A DNA stretch of 64,000 bases from assembly GCA_965153355.1 (NCBI GenBank), contig OZ231126.1, forward strand, positions 15,314,001-15,378,000, in the 5' to 3' direction. This document shows, one piece after another, positions 25,203 to 36,220 of this stretch. Below the pieces are notes generated by a model. It had not been told where the DNA came from, made no database searches, and saw only the letters and a program-made list of their open reading frames with translations. The DNA comes from Flaccisagitta enflata (taxonomy: Eukaryota). The position numbers and the translations under genes are program-made. Numbering within the stretch: the stretch's first letter is position 1; each line of letters begins with the position of its first letter.

Positions 25203-28200
25203 ATGGCCGATCCACTGCCGTTAGACCAGCTCAAAGTGGCACGTGGTTCAGCTTCTGGTTCACGATCTTCCGGCGTTGACGATTCGTTACCGGCGCTTCA
25301 CACGGATTGGAAGAAACCCATCCAATTTGTCGTCTATCTTCCACCTCCAGAGCTCAATGTTAGATTGACCGATCCAGGGAAATGGGAAGCGTGGCAGGTG
25401 ATCCTTAAGAGAGCTGTTGCGTCAGTTCGCGTAAAGCTTCGGCGATAGAACTATGATTAATCATCTGTCCTCATGTCCCGCAGGAGCGAATCACATTTAT
25501 CGAGGACGACTTGCATTGGCTCCTGAGGCTGCCTCACCACAAGTTTTGGTCTCAAGTTATATACGACGAGACGCTTCAAAAGTGTCTCGATTCATATTTG
25601 CGGTACGCTCCTCGATCATTCGACAAGGACCTCGATCTCACCGGCGAGTTTGCCGATCGACACAAAAATGTCCACAAGATGGTTTTCCTCGTTTGCCTTC
25701 GATTGTCCACGCACAAGGAGTCGAAGGATCACTTCATTTCTCCCGCCGTTTTTGGTCAACTGCTTTACGACAATTTCCTATTCGACGTCCCAAAACTTAT
25801 GGACATCGCGGTGTTGTATGGCGGCGATAACAAACCAATTGTCACGGTGAGAACTTTGCAGGTTTGAACTCATATGTCATTTTCCCTGCGTCGAGTTGAC
25901 GTTAGCCAATTTGCACAGACTCCCTGAATATATCATTCCCCATTTCCTCTTTCACTCGCACCGTGCAGAAAATGATCGAGAATGTGTTCAAGCAGCAGCC
26001 AAAATACGTTGACGACATGCGTTCTTCCGTTCCAACGATGGTCAACGTGTTCAAGACGCTGAAGGAGAAATGCGGTTTGGATCCCGCGTCTCCGGCCGCG
26101 CCACTGACGACGCGAGGAGGCGGCGGATCTTCCACGCGGCCCCGGGCGCAGCACCCGCTAGACGCCATGACGGAATCAGAAATCAGAGACGTCGTCCTGT
26201 ATCTCACCGATATCGCTTTTAGTCTACACGCGTTCCTCGATTGTTACGACGCCGCCGCAACGCCGCTTTTCGAAGCCGACTTTCATTTAGAATTGCCTAG
26301 TTTCTACGAGAGCCTCATTCCGGCGTTGAAAGAGAGCCATCTTAAACGACGTTGGGAAGATCCAGAGTTGAGGGACTTTTTACGCGAGAAACTCACGCGC
26401 GCTCATTTGTTATTGCCGGGCGTCTTCAAACAGATCTGCCACGCTTACTGCGTCAAACCCATCCTGGAAATGGCATCGAGAGAGAATATGGAACCGACTA
26501 AAGTCGCCAATTTGATAGAATGCTTTTTGCAGGTTTTTAAGTTCGCCTAGTGTTGGTTTTCAATAAGCGTGTATGTGTGTGTGTGTGTGTGTTTGTGTAT
26601 CTGTGTGTCTCTGTGTGTGTGTTTTGTATGTGTGTGTGTGTGTGTTTTGTTTGTGTGTGTGTTTTGTTTGTGTGTGTGTTTGTGTGTGTGTTAGTGTGTG
26701 TGTTTTTTGTGTGTGTTTTTTGTTTGTGTATGTTTTCTGTGTGTGTTTTTTGTGTATGTTTTATGTGTGTGTGTTTTGTGTGTGTTTTTGTTTGTGTGTG
26801 TGTGTGTTTGTTGTGTGTGTGTGTGTGTTTGTGTGTGTTTTTTTTGTGTGTGTGTTTTTGTGTGTTTTTTTTGTGTGTTTTTTTTGTGTGCTTTTCGTTT
26901 GTGTGTTTTTTTGTTTGTGTGTGTGTTTGTGTGTGTGTTTTTGTGTGTGAGTGTTTGTGTGTGAGTGTTTGTGTGTGTGTGTGTGTGTGTTTTTGTATGT
27001 GTTTTTTGTGTGTGTGTGTGTGTTTTTTTTTGGTGTGTTTTTTTTGTGTGTGTGTGTGTTTTTGTGTGTGTGTGTGTTTTTTGTGTGTATGTGTGTGTGT
27101 GTTTTTGTGTGTATGTGTGTGGGTGTTTTTTTTTGTGTGTGTGTGTGTGTTATTGTGTGTGTGTGTGTGTGTGTTTTTTGTGTGTGTCTGTCTGTCTTTC
27201 CGTGTCTCTTTCTGTCTCTTTTTGTCTCTGTCTGTCTCTTTTGTCTGTCTGTCTTTTTGTCTGTCTGGCTGTATGTGTCTCTTTCTATATTTATCTGCCT
27301 GTATATTTGTTTTCTCCACATAGATCTTCTTTGTTGCTTGGTTGTTCGTTAGGCGGCTGAGTCCCTGAACCGTTCTTTTTAGATGCGTCCTCGCATCTCT
27401 ATAAGAGGGTCTGTCCGTCCGTCCGTCCGTCGGTCCGTCCGTCCGTCCGTCCGTCGGTCGGTCCGTTACGCCTCCTTGAAAATCGCAGTTTTCGGCCCTT
27501 TTCAGCCGCAAAGATGTCAAGGATCAAGTCAAACACTCGTTAGAATGTTCTGAGAGCCTCTTTTGATCTGATAATAAATCCGTCAGTCAGTCAGTCAGTC
27601 AGTCAAACCAAATCTAGTGCCGAAGTCGCTACGCACAGATATACAGTCAGGACGCATCGTTGCCCGATCGGGCTTGTTCAATTTCGTTCTAGGCCTACAC
27701 GACGTGCCTCAATTACCGGAAGTTCGTCGCATCATACGAGAATCAATTTCCCATCAGCGACGACGTGGATCTCATCTCGCAATTTGCAGGTCAGCATGAA
27801 TTATTTGCTTCAAGCCTTTCTATAACAACCTCCCGTCGTCGATTGAATAAAATGATTTTTTTTCTCTGATGTCGCTCTCATCGCTTTTGTCGTCATGATC
27901 ATCGTTGTCTTCATCGAAATCGTGGATGATAATTGCATCGTCCCTCTCAATCACTGTCGTTCGGTTTTCGCGACCCCGTCACCGTTATTCAACTTTTTAG
28001 TCCACTTTCATCGTTATCTGCATCGTTGCGGCTCCATGTCTTTATTTTCTCCGTCTCATCCAGGGTCATTTTGCGACGAGACGCAGATAAATTTCGTGGT
28101 GGATGGATTCCGTTCCACCGTATCGGATGCCAACGACGTGAAAGCCTCTCACTCACTCGGCCAACTCTTCAAGTCCAACGTGACGACGACGACGACGACG

Positions 28201-30484
28201 ACAAACAGCGACGATTCTTCCATTGACGTCGTCGCTAACGCCAATCGGGTATCCTCTTCTTCCACCGGCGCTTCGTCCTCGGCGACGTCCAGAGAACCCA
28301 CCGGCGTCGAATTGGAGTCTCTCATTTCCAACGTCCGTGACATTTTCCCCGATTTGGGCGAAGGTTTCATTGAATCGGCGCTCGAAGAATACGGCTTCAG
28401 TTCCGAATCGGTCATCAACGCTTTACTAGAGGACAATTTGTCGCCGAAGTTGAGATCCATGGATCGCGCCAACGCCGTTCGCAAGCCGAAAAGGAAGTCG
28501 CCGCCTCCTCCTCCGTCTTCTTCTCAGAAAAGTGCTTTTGAAGAAGAACATAGAAATATTTACGACGACGTCGGGTTTCAGGGTTTGCGCGATCTACATG
28601 TAGGTAAAAAGGAAACGGCGAAGAACGCCAAAATTATGTTGGACGATAAAAGTCACGTGGATAAGGCCAAATACATCGCCTACGCTAACGCGGACGTTGG
28701 GAGTGGGTCGATATATGATCAGGTTGGTTTTATCTTCTGTTTTATCCACTTCCTCCTCATCACTCTGCCCCTCTTCATCAATCATCAGTCTCCATCACTC
28801 TCTAACTCTTCATTATTCTCTTCCTCTTCATTACCGTTACTCTCCTCCCTCTCCATCACTGTTCCTCTCCATCATCTTCATCACTCTTCCTCCTTATCAC
28901 TCTCTTCCTCCTTATCACTCTCCTCCCCCACTCCTCACTCCTTCCTCCTCATCACTCTTTTACACCTCACAACTTTCTTCCTTTTCCTCGTCATAACTCG
29001 CTTTTTTTTCCTCCTCATAACTCTCAAAACTCTCATAACTCTCATTGCTCGTTCCACCTCATAACTCCTCCACCCCATAACTCTTCCACCCCATAACTCT
29101 TCCACCTCATAACTCTTCCTGCTCATCACTCTTTCTTTTTATCACTTTTCTACCTTATCTTTCTCTTCCCCCTCATTGCTCCTTCCTCCTCATAACTCTT
29201 CCTCCTCATAACTCTTCCTCCTCATAACTCTTCCTCCTCATAACTCTTCCTCCTCATCACTCTTTTCCTCATAACTCTTTCTTTTCATCACTTTTCTACC
29301 TTATCTTTCTCTTCCCCCTCATCGCTCCTTCCTCCTCATCACTCTTCCTCCTCATAAATCTTCCTCCCCATAAATCTTCCTCCTCAAAACTTCTTCATCA
29401 CTCTCAGCCCCATTGCTCTCTTCCTTCTCATCACTTTCTTCCTTCTCATCTCATTCTTCCTTCTCATCACTCTCTTCCTCCTTAATACTCCTTCTCCCCA
29501 TCACTCTCTTCCTCCTAATCACTCTTTCCTCGTCGCTCTCTTCCTCAGCACTCTGCCTCCTCATCACTTCGATCGGTCAATTAGAATTTCTTTCTTATCA
29601 TTTTCCATCATAACCCGAGCTTTCCTTTGATCTTCCGTTACACTCCTCTTCATCATCCTCTCCTCATTGTCTACCTCTCGCCACCGACCGCCCATCATCG
29701 CCATCCTCATCAAAATGCGAATCTTCTTACTCCTCATCATTATTCTCTTTCCCATCTATCTTTTGCTCCTCGTTACCCTTCTTCCTCATTATTATCCTCA
29801 TCGTCATCATTGTCCTTTCTTAACAAGCTATTCCGCCTTATCCCCCCTTTCCTCTTTGTTTTCCATAAATCCATGCCGAGAGGGAAATTTACTTGGCAAT
29901 TGACATTTAGATAATGTTAAAAAGAAAAGAGATAAAATTTATTATTTCTTCCTACACAGGAGAAGAGTTATATGTACGATGATGAGTACGACGACACCTA
30001 CGATGACAATCGCGTTGGCGCCGAAGACGCCGATGACGTGGACGAACTCGGCGATGAAACTGGAAGAAATTTCGTCCTGCCACGCATTTTGCAACAAAAC
30101 CAGAATGAGCCGAGGGACAGACGGGAGGACGACGACGGCAACGACGACGATGAAGGCGAAGAGGAACTACCACCGTGGAAGAGACCCGGCAACAGTCTGG
30201 GAATTGAGGACCCCTCCGTTCTTCGAGAAAGGGCCGCCCAAAGGCGCGCGACAAGAGGTGGTCATCGGGGTGGTGGTAGTGGAGGCGGCGGCGGAGGAGG
30301 AGGAGGTGGCGGCGGAGGCGGCGGTGGTGGCTCTAATAGCAATGTCGTTGGTAACCCCAAAGGACAAGGACAAGACAAAAGTACCGAAATTGCTCGGAAA
30401 CGGAAAGACGCCAACAAGGCCGCGCGGGCGAACCATAACCGGAAATCCCAGGCCGGAAGGAAGCAGGCTAGGGGCATGTTCTGA
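25203..30484 (+). CDS. ASCC2: Activating signal cointegrator 1 complex subunit 2 (CUE domain)
   Basis: Exons 25203-25397, 25484-25846, 25969-26532, 27693-27789, 28064-28722, 29960-30484, all phase-consistent. Motifs: LHWLLRLPHHKFWSQV, LYDNFLFDVPKLMD, CUE ISNVRDIFPDLGEGFIESALEEY..VINALLE, YDDEYDDTYD, KAARANHNRK. Confidence 0.95.
26570..27290. repeat. Degenerate (TG)n/T-rich microsatellite
   Basis: Directly visible simple repeat in ASCC2 intron 3. Confidence 0.9.
27376..27678 (+). mobile_element. Short interspersed repeat family C (5' hairpin, (ccgt)n microsatellite, 3' ...ggcttgtt)
   Basis: ttttagatgcgtcctcgcatct hairpin; similar layout at 46343-46512, 50632-51034 and 54796-54928, and more loosely at 14298-14494 and 60185-60640. 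Confidence 0.55.
28750..29560. repeat. CT-rich minisatellite (cataactcttcctcct-like)
   Basis: Visible degenerate tandem repeat in ASCC2 intron 5. Confidence 0.8.
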
Positions 30485-30815
30485 AAAGCATAGAACGCCG
30501 AAATATATAATTTGATCATCTTAATCCGACTCACTATGTGCCTCTGATGCTCTTGATTTATATTTGGATAAGGTCAATCCAAATGATATTTTATGCTGAG
30601 GTTTCAGTGTTACGTTTTTGTTTTTCCATCTCCTGATGATCGCCATTGTTCTTTTCAGGTTTATACACCCTTAACCAAAAAAAAATGGGACCTTGAGAAA
30701 ATGCGCAAACTTGATAAAACTAAGAAACACGTCGATGCAATCTTGGAACTGAAACGAAAAGGAAAAAAACTTGTCTGAGATCATATAGTCTTTTTAATCG
30801 GTCGGGGTGGAAAAA

Positions 30816-33800
30816 ATGCCCCTGTTCGGGAAAGGGAAATCAAAGAATCCACCGCCACCGCCGCCAAAACCCGACTACACGCCTCAAAATGTGGATTCTG
30901 ACGAGAATCCAACTTATCAGCCTCCGGAGCTGCTCCAGTCGTATTTGGAACCCCCCGTGATGTCGCAAAGCGTGCGCCATTCGGCCTCGGACATTCATAC
31001 AACTAATTTCGTGCCCCCACCCGCCCATCAACTGAAGGCGTCTGAATCGTGCTCTTTCATTCAAAACAATCTCTCCTACGAGGTTGACGGAAATCTAGTC
31101 AAGCAACTTCAAAATTCAAGCGTAAGCACGAGTCCTACTTCGAACGGGCGTCCCAGGTGATTGTTTTATCTGCAATTAATGTACATGTTTCGCAAATTGG
31201 CAGTAAATTAGGAATTAAAGGACATCCTGCAATATTGCGATCATATCCTTTCCGATCCTTTCAACTTCAACTTCAACTTCAATTAAACCGGTTAAGGAAA
31301 GCCAATGGCTTGTAGCTCCGGTGCATAAGGTCAGACATCTCCATTCATGCTATCCATTTCTACAGATATCACTTATCCATTTCAATAAAGACATCAATTG
31401 GTATGAGATACCAACAAACTGATTAAAACATTCCACCTTACCATTGCATAAATTGGTATTTTTACCAAAGTGCAACCGTCCCGTATCCCGTAACAGTGAG
31501 GGATATTGTAAAAACTCGTATCAATCAGTCTTCATAAGTCGGTCGTCCAATCTGTTCTTGAATGAGTCAAGGGAAGGCGCCATCTTTATCTCTCCTGGGA
31601 GAAGATTCCATTTTTGAATCACCCTGTATGAGAAGAAACCGTGCCTCTGTTTTCGGCCATTAACTGCCATCTCTTTTACTAGTCGGGGTCCACCTCTTGC
31701 TTCTCGGACTTCCCAAAATTGATTTGGGTTGATTCTAGTCAATCCTTTGAGCATCTTGAACACTTCAATCATATCTCCCCGATCTCGCCTTTGTTCAAGC
31801 GTCATTAGCTCCAGTTTCTTCCTCCTTTCTTCTGAATTCAGTTTTTTCAATCCATAAACCATGGCTGTTGCCTTTGACTGAACTGCTTCTAGCAGCTTGG
31901 AGTCCGCCGACGATCCAGGTGGGCAGGCGGCCATTCCATAATCCAAGTGTGGGCGGATCCTTTGATTGTATAAGACACAGAATGCCCTCTTGTCAATGTA
32001 CGTAAAGTTTCTCCGAATTCGTGCAATTTCCGCTAGAGCTTTGCATCTTGCCTTGTTTACATGGGTCGAGGTGGACAGATCATCTGTGACCCAGAAGCCA
32101 ATATCCTTTTCAACTTTGACCGTTTCAATCAATGATCCATTCATTGTGTATGGCAAATGAGGGTTCTCTTTTCCAATGTGCATCACTTTTGACTTTTTAG
32201 GATTTATCTCCATTTTCCAATTTTTGGCCCATTGCGCAATGCAGTCAATTCGCTTTTGCAGACATGCTTGGTCCTCCTCATTGCATCTCTCTTCTTTTCT
32301 TATCTCCTGGTAGCACTTTGTGTCATCGGCAAGTAACATAACCAAGGACTGTTCTTCCGGGCTGCATGCCTCAGGAAGATCGTTGATAAATAAAAGAAAG
32401 AGGAGAAAGCCAAGAACAGTCCCCTGGGTGGTCCCACTGACCACCTCCAGCCAATCGGACAGTGCATTGCCCACAGCCACTCTTTGCTGTCGATTTTCCA
32501 AATAGGCCTTCAACCATTGCAAGAGCTTGCCATCAATCCCATAAGCTTGCAGCTTAATGAGAAGCAGCCTGTGAGAAACTTTATCAAAGGCTTTAGCATA
32601 GTCAAAGTAGGCAACATCAACGGCATTTCCACCATCAAGGATTTCTGTCCATCTTTCAAGGCAAAGCAATATGTTGGTCTGGCATGACCTCCCACGGACA
32701 AAGCCATGCTGCTGCTCTGATAGCAGGCCATTAGTCATCAAAAAACTCATTATTGCAGAGCATATCATTCTCTCAAGGACTTTACACAGGACTGATGTAA
32801 GTGCCACTGGTCTGAAATTTGCCATTATTGCTTTGGAGCCAGATTTGTGTATCGGGATAATATTGGCCTCCTTCCACAGTTGTGGTACCTCCCCTTTATC
32901 TAGGGATTTCCGATAGATCTTGTACAACAGTGGGGCCAGTTCTTTTGAGCATTCCTTCAGGATTCGGCTTTCCACACCATCTGGACCTGCCGCCTTGTTA
33001 GGGTTCAACCCTTGGAGAACTTCTTCGACCCCTTCCACTGAGAGGTACACATCTTGGATTCTCTCACTTGTCTGCTCTGAAAAAGCTGGGGGAGGAGTTA
33101 GTCCATCGTCGTATGTAAACACCGAGTGGTAATAGGTATTGAGGGCTGTAGCTGCCTCCTCTTCAGTTTCTGTAAGTTTCCCATCAGCGTCAATCACATT
33201 TGAAACTCCTTGTTTCGTATTCAAGGACCGGCGACAGTGACCATGAAAAAGATTTGGATTCTCTTTCATGTCTGCAATAAGACCTTTTTCATAGTTGGCC
33301 TTTGCTGATCTGATCATGTCACCCAACTTGTTCCTTTCTATCTTGTATGCATCATAGTCTCGTGGCAAGTCAGACTGCTTGAATCTCTTCCAGGTCTTCC
33401 ATTTCAAGAACCTCTGCTTCTTAATTGCTGCGCCTTTCATCCATGGGAGCCGATTCTTGTTACTTTTTGGCCGACAGAGTGGGATATGCTTTGTTTTCAG
33501 CTCGTTGATCTTTTCAACCAAAATCCTATTCATTTCATCAGGTGAATCATCCGAGTTGAGTTCAAAAGTGCTCAAATCCTTTTTCATTGCTTCCCAGTTA
33601 GCATTTTTAAAGTTATGTCTCAATTTTGTTGTATTTTTGAAAATTGGTTCACTCACCACCAATCTCCATTTCTGACACAGATGATCGCTCTTCCCAAGTG
33701 GCGGCAATTCTTGAATATCATTCACCATATTCTCTTCATTGGTGAAGATGAGGTCCAGGCAGGAATTTTGTGATCCCCGGAATCTTGTTGAATTCTGCAC

Positions 33801-35906
33801 ATGCTGGAACAGGTCCAGATCCTCCACCATTTCCAGGAAGCAGCTTGATAATGAGCTTTCCGAATCTGCGCTTTGGTGAGAGCTCCAGTTAATCAGTGGC
33901 AGGTTGAAATCACCACAGATCATGAGGTATTCATGTTTCACAGTAGCAGCCCGTCTTATCATCTCCAGCAATAACTGGTTGTTATCTGCACTCGAGTTTG
34001 GACTGCGATATACTGCCCCAAGAAGCAAAGATTTGTTGTCTCTCAGCTTGATCACACTCCATGTAGAACAATCAAAGCTTCCATTCTCTAGCATTGGGCA
34101 AGCTGAGTGGTTGAGTGAGTCATGAACATACATACCAACTCCTCTTCCTAACCCACCTTTTCCGTCCGAATGGTCACCTCGATATAACGTGTAGCCTTCA
34201 ATACCAAGTTCATTATCCTTAACTGATGTAGCAGCTCCAAACTCCGTGAGAGCCAATACATGAGGATTATGGGCATCAATAAAATCACGTATTTCACTTT
34301 TTTTGTTCATGGCCGACTGGCAGTTAGTGTGCAAAATAGTAAGTTCATTAAGAGATGTCATAGGCAAAGACTCATGCCTACTGTTCAAGTTATCAATACT
34401 ACTTCTAGGTTCACCATTGCTGGTGTTGCCGTTTACACGGTCACAACAAATCAAAAATCATTGCTCCCTCCTGCTGTGGCACTGAGGGGTTGTTGCTGCA
34501 TTGGATGCGGAGTCGCCGGACGTGTATCTGTCCCTTGCAGGGTGCGAGTTGGTGTCTGATCAGGGCCAGTACCTGGTGACTGACCTCCGGTGTCATTATC
34601 ATTGGCAACTGGGCTAGTTCTCTGTCTTTTTGCTGCATCATCCTCCACACTATTTTTTCTCTTTCGGGAATAAGGCCTTCTATCTCCTTGTGGCCACCTG
34701 GCTGCTCTGGTTGCTGTTGCACCTCTTCCTCGTACTGATCCATTCCCTCTGCCAGGTGGACGTCCTCTTCTTTTTCCTCTTCCTCTCTCTGCTTCCGTAG
34801 TGACATTTCCAGCATTTTCCGCATTTTCTTCTCTCTCCCTTTCTAGGCGAAAGAGACGAGCCTCCTCTCTCTGGTTATATGTCCTATCACGCATGATGAA
34901 GACATCATTTGCCAGCTTCACCGATTCAGCCTTCTCAAGAATTCTCTCGCAATCTTCAACCAGAGTGAAAATTGCCAAGGCTTTCCGAGGATATCTTCCT
35001 TTCTGACCAACCCTGATGACTTTGGTTGGTTTCACATCAATTCCCAGCTCTCTCAATATTTCATCCACTTTCTCTTCATCCTGCTTTTTCCGATCTTCAG
35101 CTTCATTTTGAGTTGGTTCTGGGATGTTGCCAAAGATGAGGTTCTTTTCCCGCTTTTCAATCTCCCGGATGTCTCTTATAACTGCATTTGTTTGTCGGAC
35201 ATTTGGGGTCTCTCCGTCCATATTTTTTAGCCGCTTTTCCATCTCATCATTCTTCTTTTCCATTTCCTTCATCTTTTCACTATTCTTTTTGATGGCTTCA
35301 TCATGAGCATCAAGTCTCCCCTTATTCTCTGTTTGGACCGCTTCAATCTGTTCAATTCTTTGGGCAACACCATCAATTTGCTTCAGCCCCTCCAACACCT
35401 TCTGTCGTTCGGCCTGTTGGTCTTCCTGACCTTTTTTGATTGTGGTCATATCCTGCTGAAGAGACTCCAATACCGACTGCAGATTTTTGCTCTTCTCTTC
35501 ACATGTTTTGCACTTCCACATGCTTTTTCCCATTTCTCTCATCATTTCACAGAACTTTGCAGGCAGCTCTGCGCATGTGAAGCAGTACTCCACTTGACAT
35601 TCTTGGCATTTGACTCCGGGTCTGCCTTCATTCTTTCTGTTGACAACAATTGTACACTTTGAACATTTGTCAACCATCTTGCTTTTATTTCTCAGCCGTT
35701 TGTTTCTTTCAAAAACCAAGTCTTTTCGTTCACTTTTCACAAAGAGCCAGCAAGCGTGCAGATGTTCCACATGCGCGGCTACAATGAGTTTCAGAGAGAA
35801 TGAGAGAGATCGAGAGAGAGATCGAGAGAGAGATCGAGAGAGAGATCGAGAGAGAGATCGAGAGAGAGATCGAGAGAGAGATCGAGAGAGAGAGAGAGAG
35901 AGAGAG

Positions 35907-35946
<40 letters not shown>

Positions 35947-36162
35947 TGTCAAAAGTCGTCGTAGAGGTCGAAAGGCAATGCCTGCTCGAAAGGCAATGGC
36001 TGCTCGGTTACGTCCGGGTGAACAATTGTTCACCTAGCACCTCAGTTTGCTGTCTTTGTAATTTCCGCCGTTCGGTTTTCAATCATCAACTTCAATTTTC
36101 TTGCGCTTTTTCACTTCAGCTTTTTCTTTCTTTTTCATCCGGCTTTTTCACTTCCAATCAAC

Positions 36163-36220
<58 letters not shown>

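Noticed and set aside
26537-27520. Cys/Val- and His/Thr-rich ORFs
   Set aside because: (TG)n microsatellite artefacts.
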